Both the position numbers and the translations under genes were made by a program. A stretch of DNA of 64,000 bases from Chiloscyllium plagiosum (Eukaryota), in the NCBI RefSeq assembly GCF_004010195.1, contig NC_057718.1, positions 5,933,110 to 5,997,109 on the forward strand, written 5' to 3'. Shown here piece by piece: positions 49,842 through 61,380 of this stretch. Position 1 is the stretch's first letter; each line of letters starts with the position of its first letter. A model generated the notes under the pieces. The model had not been told where the DNA came from. It searched no databases and saw only the letters and a list, made by a program, of their open reading frames with translations.

Positions 49842-52800
49842 TGACCAAAAGGTAGAGAAAGAGTAGGAAGGCAGTGCAGTAGTCCCCTATGGTCATCTCC
49901 ATCCAAAACAGGTCTACCATTTTGGATATTGTTGTGGGAGATGGCTCACCAAGGAGGGCAGCAGTTGCCAGGTTCCTGACATCGCGGCGGGCACTGCTGC
50001 TCAGTAGGGCTGGAAAAACAGTGGAAGGGTTATAGCAATAGGGGATTCTATTGTAAGAGGAGTAGCTAGGTGGTTTATGGCTGAAAACGAGACTCCCAGA
50101 TGGTATGTTGCCTCCCAGCTCAGGTCAGGGATGTCACTAATTGGCTGCAGAGCATTCTGAAAGGGGATGGTGAACAGCCAGTTGTCGTGGTACATATAGA
50201 CACCAATGATACAAGTAAAAACAAAACGAGATGAGGTCCTGAAAACAGAATTCAGGGAGCTAGGAGAGAAGTTAAACAGGAGGACCGCAAAGGTAGTGAT
50301 CTCAGGATTGCTACCACACCACATGCTAGCCAGGGTAGAAATGAAAGAATAAGCAGGACGAACACGTGGCTTGAGGGATGGTGTAGGAGGGAGGAGTTCA
50401 GATTTGTGGGACATTGGGACTAGTTCTGCGGAAGCTGGGACTATTACACATTGGATGGTCAACATCTGAACCAGACTGGAACTAATGTCCTTGGGGGAGT
50501 TTATGCTACTGCTGTCGGGGAGGGTTTAAACTAATGTTGGGGGGGCTGGGAATCAGAAGCGAAGACTAGTAGACAGTGAGGTGGAAAACAGAGACTGTAA
50601 GGAACAAGATCATGAAGTTAGCATTACCAAAGGGAAGAGTAGGCAGAGGGCAGATGAACACAAAGGAACCGGTGGTCTGAAGTGCAGATACTTTAATGCA
50701 AGGAGTATAGTGTGAAAGGCAGATGAATTTAGGGCTTGGATTGGTGCCTGGGAGTATGATGTTATTGCGATCACAGAGACTAGGTTGAAGGCAGGGCATG
50801 ATTGGCAACTAAATGTTCCAGGATATAAATGCTTCACACAGGACAGAAAGGGAAGTAAAAGTGGAGGGAGGAATTGCATTGCTGGTCAGAGATGATACCA
50901 CGGCTATGCTAAAGGAGGGCGCTATGGAGGGCTTGAGCAGTGAGGCATTATGGGTAGAGCTGAGAAATAAGAAGGGTGCAGTTATATTGTTGGGGCTGTA
51001 CTACAGGCCTCCCAACAGTGAGTGTGAGGTAGAAGAACAAATAGGTAAACAGATTATTGAAAGATGTAGAGGCAACAGGGTGGTGGTGATGGGAGATTTT
51101 AATTTTCCCAACATTGACAGGGATATACTTAGTGTCAGAGGTCTGGATGGGGCAGAATTTGTAAGGAGCGTCCAGGAAAGTTTTCTAGAGCAGTATGTCA
51201 ATAGTCCAACTAGGGAAGGGGGCATATTGGACCTGGTGTTGGGGAATGAGCCAGGCCAGGTGGTAGAAGTTGCAGTGAGGATTTCTTTGGGAATAGTGAC
51301 CACAATTCTGTAAGTTTTAGAATACCCGTGGACAAAGAAGAGAGTGGTTCTAAGAGAAGAGTACTAAACTGGGCCAAACCAATTTTATCAAAATTCGACA
51401 GGAGTTGGGAAATGTGGACTGGGGGCAGCTATTTGAAGGGAAGTACCTATTTGATATGTGGGAGGCTTTCAAAGATAGGTTGAAGATAGTGCAGGATAGA
51501 CATGTCTCTTTGAAAACAAGGGCTAGGAAAGGCAAGATTCATGAACCGTGGATGACAGGAGAAATTGTGCGATTAGCCAAGAGGAAAAGGGAAGCGTACA
51601 TAAGGCCCAGGCAGCTAAGAACAGAACAGGCTTTAGACGAATATTGGGAGAGTAGGACCAATCTTAAATGAGGAATCTAGTGGGCTAAAAAGGGTCATGA
51701 AATAAATTTAGCGAGCAGAATTAAGGAGAATCCCTTATATAAGAAGCAAGAGGATAACTAGAGAAATTTGGTCCACTAAAGGATAATGAAGGAAGGAAAC
51801 CTGAGAAAATGAGTGAGATATCAATGATTACTTTACATCAGTGTTCATTGAGGAGAGGAACATGATGAATATTGAGATTAAAGATAGAAGTTTGTTTACT
51901 CTGGATCATGTTGACATAAGCAGGGAAGATGTGTTGGGTAGGCTAAAGGATATTAAGAAGGACAAATCTCCAGGACCAGATGGGATCTATCCCAGGTTGC
52001 TGAGGGAGGCGAGAGAGGAAATAGCTGGGGCCCTGACAGATATCTTTGTAGCATTCTTAAACACAGGTGAAGTGTCAGAGGACTGGAGAGTTGCTAATGT
52101 TGTCCCCCTGTACAAGAAGGGTAGTAAGGATATTCCAGGTAACTACAGACCAGTGAGCCTGATGTCAGTGATGGGAAAGTTGCTGGAGAAGGTACTGAGG
52201 GATAGAATCTATTTATATTTGGAAAAGAATGAGCTTATCAGTGATAGGCAACATGGTTTTGTGCGGGGGAGATCGTGCCTTACCAACTTAATAGATTTCT
52301 TTGAGGAAGTGACCAAGTTGATAGATGAAGGAAGATCTGTTGATGTCATATACATGTACTTTAGTAAGGTGTTTGATAAGGTTCCCCGTGGTAGACTAAT
52401 GGAGAAAGTGAAGTCACATGGTGTGCAGACTGTTCTAGCTAGGTGGATAAAGAACTGGTTAAGCAACAGGAGACAGAGAGTTGAAGGGTGTTTCTTGAAA
52501 TGGAGAAAGGTGACCAGTGGTGTTCCACAGGGGTCAGTATTGGGGCCACTGTTGTTTGTGATATACATATATGATCTGGAAGAGGGCATTGTTGGTCCGA
52601 TCAGTAAGTTTGCAGATGACATGAAGATTATGGAGTAGCAGAAAGCATAAGGGACTGTCAAAGAATACAGGAGATTATAGATAGACTAGAGAGTTGGGTG
52701 GAGAAGTGGCAGATGGAGTTCAATCTCGGCAAATGTGAGGTGATGTATTTTGGGAGGTCTAATTTGAGAGTGAACTATACTGTAAATGGAAGAGCCTTGG

Positions 52801-53884
52801 GAAAGGTTGATGAACAGAGAGATCTGGGAGTTCAGGTCAATTGTACCCTGAAGACGGCTGCACACGTGGATAGAGTGGTCAAGAAGGCATATGGTATGCT
52901 TGCCTTCATTGGACATGGTATTGAGTATAAGAGCTGGCAAGTCATGTTAAATTTGGTACAGCTGCATTTAAAATACTGTGTACAGTTCTGGTCTCTATAT
53001 TACCAAAAGGATGCAGGCGCTTTGGAGAGAGTGCAGAGAAGGTTTACGAGGATGTTGCCTGGTATGGAAGGTGCTAGCTATGAAGAGAGGTTGAGTTGGT
53101 TAGGATTGTTTTTATTAGAAAAAAGGAGATTGAGGGGGGATCTGATTGAGGTCTATAAAATCATGAAGTGTATAGACAAGGTGGTTAGGGATGAACTTTT
53201 TCCCAGGGTGAGGGATTCAATAATGAGAGGTCATGCATTCAAGGTGAGAAGAGAAAACTATAAGGGGGATACACGTGGAAAGTACTTTACACAGAGGGTG
53301 GTAGGTGCCTGGAACACATTGCCAGCAGAGTAGCAGTAGCAGGCACGGTCTATTCATTTAAGATGAATTTGGACAAATGTATGAGTAGGTGGGGAGCAGA
53401 GGGATACAGATCTGTGGGATATAAATGAATTAATGTTATTTCTGCAAGTATAAATTCTGATACAGAATAGGAATGCATTCAAGGTGAGAAGAGAAAACTA
53501 TAAGGGGGATACACGTGGAAAGTACTTTACATAGAGGGTGGTAGGTACCTGGAACACATTGCCAGCAGAGTAGCAGTAGCAGGCACGGTCGATTCATTTA
53601 AGATGAATTTGGACAAATGTATGAGTAGGTGGGGAGCAGAGGGATACAGATCCTTAGGAATTGGGTTTAGACAGTGGATTTGCCTATAGGTGTATAAATA
53701 AAAAAGAAGCTGTTATTCAGATATTTGTCTCGGACTGAAATTATTAAAGTGAGTGAGCTTTTGTTTCTCACAGATCCTTAGGAATTGGGTTTAGACAGTG
53801 GATTTGGATTGGCACATGCTTGGAGGGCCGAAAGGTCTGGTCCTGGGCTGTAAATTTTCTTTGTTCTCTTTGTTCTTTGTTCTT

Positions 53885-56200
53885 AAATAAAGCCACCCTT
53901 CAGTCCTCTGGCATCTTACTTGTGGTTATAGATGATACAATCTGCCAGAGGCCCCACAATTTTCTCCATAACTTCACACAACACCCTAGGATATATTTGA
54001 TCAAGTCCAGGAGATTTATCCACCTCTGTTTTCTAACACCTCCAAAACATCCTCTTCTGTAATGTGGACTGTTTTCAAAAAATGAGTACTTATTTCCACG
54101 AGTTCTCTGGTCTCCATTTCTTTCTTCACAGTAAAAACTGACACAAAATATTATTTGGTATATGTCCCATCTGGTGTTCAACACATTGATGATTTCATTG
54201 ATATTTAAGAGGCCCTGTTCTGTCTCTTGTTGCTTTTTTGCTCTTAATATACTTGTAGAATTTCTTTGGATTATCCTTAATCTTATCTGCGAAGGTTATT
54301 TCATATCCTCTTTTCGTTCTCCTGATTTCCCTCTTAAGGATGCCTCTAAAACCTTTATACTCTTCACGAGATTCATTTGATCACAGTTGTCCATACTAAC
54401 ATATGACTCTTTGTTATTCTTGACCAGAACCTCAATGTGTTTATTCATCTCTTGTTCCCAACTCTTACCACTCTAACCTTTCACTTTAACTGGAATATAA
54501 TACCTTGGAACTGTCATTATCTCACTTTTGAAAGCCTCCCACTTGTCAATCATCCCTTTACCTGCGACCAGTATACTTCAATCAACTTTTGAAAGTGCTT
54601 GTCTCATACCATTAAAATCAGTTCTACTCCAATTAAAAATGTTAATTCTTATTGAATATTCATCCTTTTCCATAATTATTTAAAAACAAATAGAATTATG
54701 ATCACTAGTTGCAATGTGCTCCCCTACTAACACTTCAGTCACTTGCCCTGCCTTATTTCCCAAGAGAAGGTCAAGTTTTGCTCCTTCTCTTGAAGGTACA
54801 TTTACATATTGATTAAGGAAATTATACTGAACACATTTAACAAATTCCTCACCATTCAAGCCTTTAACATTATAGTAGTCCAACTCAATGTTCGAAAAAT
54901 TAAAATTAAAATTAAAATCCTCCACTATTTCAACCCTATTATGCTTACATAGATCTGTGATCTGTCAATATGTTTGCTCCTCAATTTCTCTGTGACTAAT
55001 GGGGGGGCCTATAGTGCAATCCCATCAAGGTGATCATCCCTTTATTATTTCTAATTTCTCCCAAAAAAGCTTCACTGGATGACCCCTCAGAAATATCCTC
55101 TCTAGGTACAGTAGTAATTTTTCTTGATCAAAAACATTACTCCCTTTCCCCTCTTGCCTCCCATTCTGTTTTTCCTATAGCATCTAAAACCTGGAACATT
55201 AAGCTGCCAGTCCTGTCCTGCACCACACTCTCGACTCTGATCTCCAGCATCTGCAGTCCTCACTTTCTCCCTGTCCTTCCCTCAGCCAAGTGTCTGGAAG
55301 AGCTATGACATCCCTGTCCCATGTTGCCATACATGTCCTGAGTTCACCAGCCCTATCTGTAAGACCCCTTGCATTGAAATAAATCCAGTTTGATTCTTCA
55401 AAGCTACCTCATTCAGTGACTCATTCTTGCCTGTTTTTTCTAATTAAATTGTTCTCAGAACCAACCTCATCTGCCTTTCTACTTTTTATGCCACTTAGCA
55501 ACTCCCCATCCCCTCACTATTTTAAAGGCTCCTGAAACAGAACTCGCAAATCTCCCAGCCAGGGTGTTGGTCCCTTTCCAGCTCAGGTGAAACCCATCCC
55601 TTTTGAACACATCATTTCTGCCCCAAAAGACATCCCAATGATCCAAAAATCTGAATCTTTGCACATTGCACAATCTTATCAACCGTTGATGGATTTGTCC
55701 TATCTTTTTACCCCTAATCTCATTAGAATATGGCAGAGGTTACTACCTTTGAGGTTCTGCTTTTCAACCTTCAACCTAACCTCTTATATTCACTCAGTAA
55801 AGGCTTAACCCTTTCCCTAACTATGTCATTCTTACTAACTTGGACAATAACTTCTGGCTTCTCACTCTCTTCTATGATAATATGCATCAATTGTTTTGAA
55901 GCATCCTTATCCCTGCACCAGGAAGGTAAATACTATCCTGGATTCATAAGATTCATTTTTAGTGCCCAAGATCTGACTGCCACATCTATTTTCCTCTGAG
56001 AGACTATCCCCTTCAATAGTACCCAAGATGAAGTACCGTCTGCGAGAGGAATAGCCACAGGAGACTTCTGAACAACTTTTATACCATTCCTGACAGTAAC
56101 CCATCTATCTGAGTGATTCTGCTGTGTAACCACCTCTACATATCTACTAAACATTACACTCTGAATGCCCTCAGTGGTATTAAACCTAAAAAATGAAGCT
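53885..56200 (-). mobile_element. Older CR1 (ORF1 esterase-like plus APE endonuclease part)
   Basis: FRFLDHWDVFWGRND.FKRDGFHL, WVTVR..SPVAIPL, EFVKCVQ.NFLNQYV..PSREGAKLDLLLGN..SDHNSI. Confidence 0.85.
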
Positions 56201-56412
56201 CTTAAAGGAACTTTAGATATCTTTAAAAAAAATACTATCCTTCCTTAACACAGAATTCATTCTTAACCATGCAAAAGGGAAAATAAAAAGATTAAGCATT
56301 TAAAATTTTTAAAAAAATTCAAGCACTTAGCTGAAACTTTTATCAAACAAGAAAAGCCTCCTCAAATCCTCTGTCAGTCAGCTTTCAAATCATCAGATCT
56401 GAGAATGGGAAC

Positions 56413-56540
56413 AGGCGAAAATGAGGATTGCAGATGCTGGAGATTAGAGTCGAGAGTTTGGTGCTGGAAAAGCACAGCAGGTCAGGCAGCATCCGAGGAG
56501 CAGGAGAATCGGCGTTTCGGGCAAAAGTCTTTCATCTGAG
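56413..56540 (-). mobile_element. Family-C short element (hammerhead core mutated)
   Basis: gcagatgctggagattagagtcgagag..aagcacagcaggtcaggcagcatccgaggagcaggagaatcggcgtttcgggc. Confidence 0.8.
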
Positions 56541-57269
56541 AAAAGAAATTCTGATCCCTGATCAATGTTATTATTTAAACAATTACAGAAAACAGGTTGA
56601 AAAGGAAAATCTTCAGAGTTCTGTTCATGTATACAGAAAAGAAAATCTCTTTGAGAGCCATTAGCAAACATATTGATAGGCTCTCCCTCAAAGTCCATGT
56701 GAAAAATAATCTGTCCTTCTTGATAATAAGAAGACCTTTCCAATTATCATATCAATAACTTTTCATCTGTGTAATAATCTTATGTTCTTCTCTTAAGAGT
56801 ACATTGATTGTCTTGTGTGTATGTTCGGAAACTGAGCACGATGGTAACCAAATTTACCACTAAACCAGGTTTCACTTTGAGGTCTCTCTCTTCAAGTAGG
56901 CAAAGGATGAAGGGAAATCAATGAAAATAAATGATTGTGACAAAATATTCTCAGCATTACACTCTGCGTATGAGTCCATTGGGAGACACCACATGAAGGT
57001 TTTTGTGAATGAAAACTGCACTCCATAACCTGGACTTTAATGCATCAGGAAACCATTAAATCATCCCAACCTGTTAATATTGTGAATAGTTGGGCACAGC
57101 TTTATAGCATTACTGACAAGTCATTCAGAAGCCTGATTGACATAAAACCAAAAGATGTAGGACCAGAATTAGGCCTTTCGGCCCAACAAGTCTGCTCCAC
57201 CATTAGGCCATGGCCAATATATTTCTCAACCTCATTCTCTGCCTTCTCCCCTTTGATCCTGTCATGTTA

Positions 57270-58890
57270 CATAGAACATAGAACATAGAACAGTACAGCA
57301 CAGAACAGGCCCTTCAGCCCACGATGTTGTGCCGACCATTGATCCTCATGTGTGCACCCTCAAATTTTTGTGACCACATGCATGTCCAGTAGTCTCTTAA
57401 ATGTCCCCAGTGACCTTGCTTTCACAACTGCTGCTGGCAATGCATTCCATGCTCTCACAACTCTCTGTGTAAAGAACCTGCCTCTGATATCCCTTCTATA
57501 CTTTCCTCCAACCAACTTAAAACTTTGTATTAGCCATTTCTGCCCTGGGAAATAGTCTCTGGCTATCACCTCTATCTATGCCTCTCATTATCTTGTATAT
57601 CTTAATTAGGTCCCCTCTCCTTCTTTTCTCCAATGAAAAACGTCTGAGCTCAGTCAACCTCTCTTCATAAGATAAGCCCACCAGTCCAGGCAGCATCCTG
57701 GTAAACCTCCTCTGAACCCTCTCCAAAGCATCCACATCTTTCCTCTAATAGGGCGACCAGAACTGGACGCAGTATTCCAAGTGCGGTCTAACCAAAGCTG
57801 CAACAAGATCTCACGACTCTTAAACTCAATCCCCCTGTTAATGAAAGCCAAAACACCATATGCTTTCTTAACAACCCTGTTCACTTGGGTGGCCATTTTA
57901 AGGGATCTATGGATCTGCACACCAAGATCCCTCTGTTCCTCCACACTGCCAAGAATCCTATCCTTAATCCTGTACTCAGCTTTCAAATTCGACCTTCCAA
58001 AACGCATCACCTCGCATTTATCCAGATTGAACTCCATCTGCCACCTCTCAGCCCATCTCTGCATCCTGTCAATGTCATGCTGCAGCCTACAACAGCCCTC
58101 TAACGACACCTCCAACCTTTGTGTCGTCTGCAAGTTTGCTGACCCATCCTTCAATCCCCTCATCCAAGTCATTAATAAAAATTACAAAGAGTAGAGGCCC
58201 ACGAACAGAGCCCTGTGGAACACCACTCACCACAGACTTCCAAGCAGAATATTTTCCTCCTGCTACCACTTGCTGTCTTCTGTTGGCCAGCCAATTCTAT
58301 ATCCAGACAGCTAAGTTCCCCTGTATCCCATTGCTCCTGACCTTCTGAATGAGCCTACCATGGGGAACCTTATCAAATGCCTTGCTGAAGTCCATATACA
58401 CCACATCCACAGCTCGACCCACATCAACTTTTCTAGTCACATCCTCAAAGATTTGTGAGGTTTGTGAGGCATGACCTGCCCCTCACAACGCTGTGTTGAC
58501 TGCATTTAATCAAGCCATGCTCTTCCAGATGGTGATAAATCCTATCCCTAGAATCCTTTCTAACACCTTGCAGGCGACAGACGTGAGACTCACTGGTCTG
58601 TAATTGCCGGGGATTTCCCTATTTTCTTGCTTGAAGAGAGGAATTACATTTCCCTCTCTCCAGTCCTCAGGTACGACTCCAGTGGAGAGCAAGGATGCAA
58701 AGATCTTCACAAGTGGCGAAGCAATTGCATTTCTCATTTCCCAAAGCAGCCGAGGACAAATCTGTTACGGGCCTGGCGACTTGTCAATCTTAATGCTTGA
58801 CAAAATTTTCAGTACATGAGTTTCCTCTATCTCTATCCATTCCAGCATTCACACCTGCTCTTCAAAGGTTTCATTCACTACAAAGTTTAT
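57270..58890 (-). mobile_element. 5'-truncated CR1 (RT plus 3'UTR)
   Basis: [58 protein letters not shown]; (tatgttc)n tail. Confidence 0.93.
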
Positions 58891-59192
58891 TTCTTTTGTT
58901 AATACTGTGAGTCCATGTAATACATAACAGAGTGATAGTACACATTTCATTTTGGCAGTTTGAGAATTTGAATGCATTGAAAAAGTCTGTAAAGCTGGTA
59001 TCAATAAAAGTGATCTTAAATGTTCACTAATTTAATGAAGAAAGTCTGTCATCATTGCCCAGTGTGTGGGCACTGCACGTGACTTCAACCATATATCAGG
59101 TGGCTGACTTTTAGTTGCCTACTTATGTAGCCTACCTGACAATTTGAATTATATTGGAGCCCCTGGTGAGTGTCAGGGGATTCGTTAGCTCA

Positions 59193-59400
59193 GAAACAGA
59201 AACAGAAGTTGCTTCTAAAATCTCAGCAGGTCTGGCAGCATCTGTGAAAAGAAATCAAAGTTAACATTTCAGGTCGAGTGACCCTTCCTCTGAGGAATGT
59301 TAACTTTGATTTCCCTTCACAGATGCTGCCAGACCTGCTGAGCTATCAGAAGCAATTTCTGTTTCTGTTCCTGATTTACAGCATCTGCATTTCTTCTGGA
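59193..59400. mobile_element. Palindromic head-to-head family-D element inserted in a SINE (59170-59620)
   Basis: Arms ~59195-59268 and ~59297-59370; minus-strand ..GAGGAagggtc-actc-gacct-GAAAtgtt-aac remnant at the centre. Confidence 0.75.
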
Positions 59401-59640
59401 TTTTGTATGCTTGGTTATCTCGGTGGGCTGGATAATTAGCTTGCAACGCTAGTTAATAGCGTGGAATGTGTTCAGTTCCCACACCAGAAGTAATTGCCAT
59501 GAAGGACTAACCTTCTCAACCTGTCTCCTGCCTGAGGTGTGGTGGCCCTCAGGTTAAGACATCACCAGTCATCCCTGCCCAAAGAGACAGCAGCCCTATG
59601 GGCTACAGTGGCTGTGCCATTTCAGTGATTGATTAGCATT

Positions 59641-59920
59641 AGCAAGTTTTGAGAAGATTTGTAGCTCAGGTTGAGATTCTGGATGTAGGTTAGCTCGCAT
59701 TTACCACCCACTGAGAAAAAGAACAGGGAATGACATCACCAAAGGAAATTATGTCACCATAGGAAATGACATCACCAACCCAAGGAAACCCAAACATATA
59801 AATAGAAAGCAAGAAACAACAGCAGTGCTTTGTCCAGAGGCTCACTAAAGATGTTACCTAATATGGTGATAAAACATCTGAAAATGAACCTTCCAGCTCA
59901 GTGAGCAAACCTACATCCAT
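59641..59920. mobile_element. Penelope pLTR remnant (head-to-head) with approximate TSD
   Basis: Matches 16077-16130 and 18400-18600; flanks tgattagcat/tgattggcat. Confidence 0.85.
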
Positions 59921-60200
59921 TGATTGGCATGTTTAAAAACAGTGGCTGACCCATTTTTCTTATTAAGCAGGACAATGCCCTGGAAATATTTGAGTGAAAG
60001 AAATTATTAAAACACAGGAATTAACTATCCGTCAGTATGGAAGACTATGTAACATCCTCTAATTACACTCCATACATACCTAGTTCATCCAAGTTCGGCT
60101 CAACTTGTCAACCCAGATCCAACTAATACCTCACAATATCTATATACAGTGTTTACCTTCCAGAAGGCTGAAGAATTACACTTTACTGTATCAGATAAAT

Positions 60201-60293
60201 TCCTGAAGAAGGGCTTATGCCCGAAACATCGATTCTCCTGTTCCCTGGATGCTGCCTGACCTGCTGCGCTTCTCCAGCAACACATTTTCAGCT
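60201..60293 (+). mobile_element. 93-bp family-C hammerhead element with perfect 15-bp TSD
   Basis: TSD ctgtatcagataaat at 60186-60200 and 60294-60308; CTGAAGA-a-gggc-ttat-gccc-GAAAC-ATC at 60203-60230. Confidence 0.88.
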
Positions 60294-60829
60294 CTGTATC
60301 AGATAAATGTAAGATTAATAATTTATCCAATGACAGAGAAAGTCAAGATGCAAGAATACAAAAAAGACTGTAGGACTGTAACATGAGAAAGTGGAAATGA
60401 GTTAAGACTTGAAAAAATAGTTGCAGATGGTCAAACAAAGCTTGCAACAGAAAAGATTAAGTTCCTTATCTGTGTGATTGCATAGACAATTAATACCGAA
60501 TCTCTTGGTTGATGCAGGTCTCACCTTCTCACCCCCCAATCTTGTCCGAGGCATGATAACTGTTTAGAAACTAAATCCGCCAATCTTCCTCCCTCCTCTC
60601 CTCAATGTGCTCACACATGCTGTGATTATCTGGTTTCTTTTATCATGGCAGATACAAATCATTTTGTCTGGCATTAGCAGGTGAACTGATTTATAATCAG
60701 GTGCAGCCCTGTCTTTCTAACAGAGACCATCAAACCATCAGCAGGAGGCAAGCTCAGATATTCATTTCCTTTCATCAGAAATGATGCCTGGAGTGGTGTT
60801 ATCATCCTTCACAAGAAAGGCTGTATTAC

Positions 60830-61380
60830 TGCAGTTATATAGTGTTTCAATAAGTCCCCACCTGGATAATAACATGTGTTTTTGGTCTCCCTACCTAAGG
60901 AAAGATGCCCTTGCCCATGGAGGGAGAGCAGCAGAGGTTGCATTAGGCTGATACCGGGCATGGCAGGACAGTTCAATGTGGAAAGATTGGTTCAACTGAG
61001 TCTGTATCCACTGGAGTATAGAGGATGAGAGGGGATCTGATTGAAACTGATAAACTTCGAACGGGACTGGCAGACTAGATTTTGGGAGAATGTTTTCCCT
61101 CACTGGGGAGTCCAGATCCAGGGGAAACTGTCTCTGGATGTGTCTCTAGACCAATTATGACAAACATGAGGACGCATTTCTTCATTCACTATAGAATTCA
61201 CTACCACCGAAGTCTGTGGAAGCCAACTCACTGAATATATTCCAAAAAGGGACATAAATTTTTAGATTTTAAAGGCATCAAAGGGTTTGGAGAAAATGTG
61301 GGGATATGACATTGAGAGAGAGGGCCAACCAGAATCATACTGAAGGACCAAATGATCTACTTTTGCTTCTAGTTTCTATG
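60830..61380 (+). mobile_element. Old CR1 3' fragment
   Basis: ccccacctgga..tttggtctcc.tacctaagg, gaggggatctgattgaaac, ctagtttctatg tail. Confidence 0.75.

Larger units (their letters stand above)
48880..53880 (+). mobile_element. Near full-length but inactivated CR1 LINE (5'UTR, ORF1 from ATG 49244, ORF2 APE plus RT, 3'UTR)
   Basis: ORF1 CLMWELRDV..YTCKKCVQLQ and GDSIVRG. ORF2 [90 protein letters not shown]. (tttgttc)n tail. Stops and frameshifts present. Confidence 0.95.

Noticed and set aside
51841..53333. Long RT ORFs as active or domesticated genes (also 16365-17216, 25452-26105, 32157-32612)
   Set aside because: Bounded by frameshifts and stops within decayed elements.
56444..56743. 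Minus-strand ORF as an upstream exon
   Set aside because: No good donor, and it runs into a family-C repeat.
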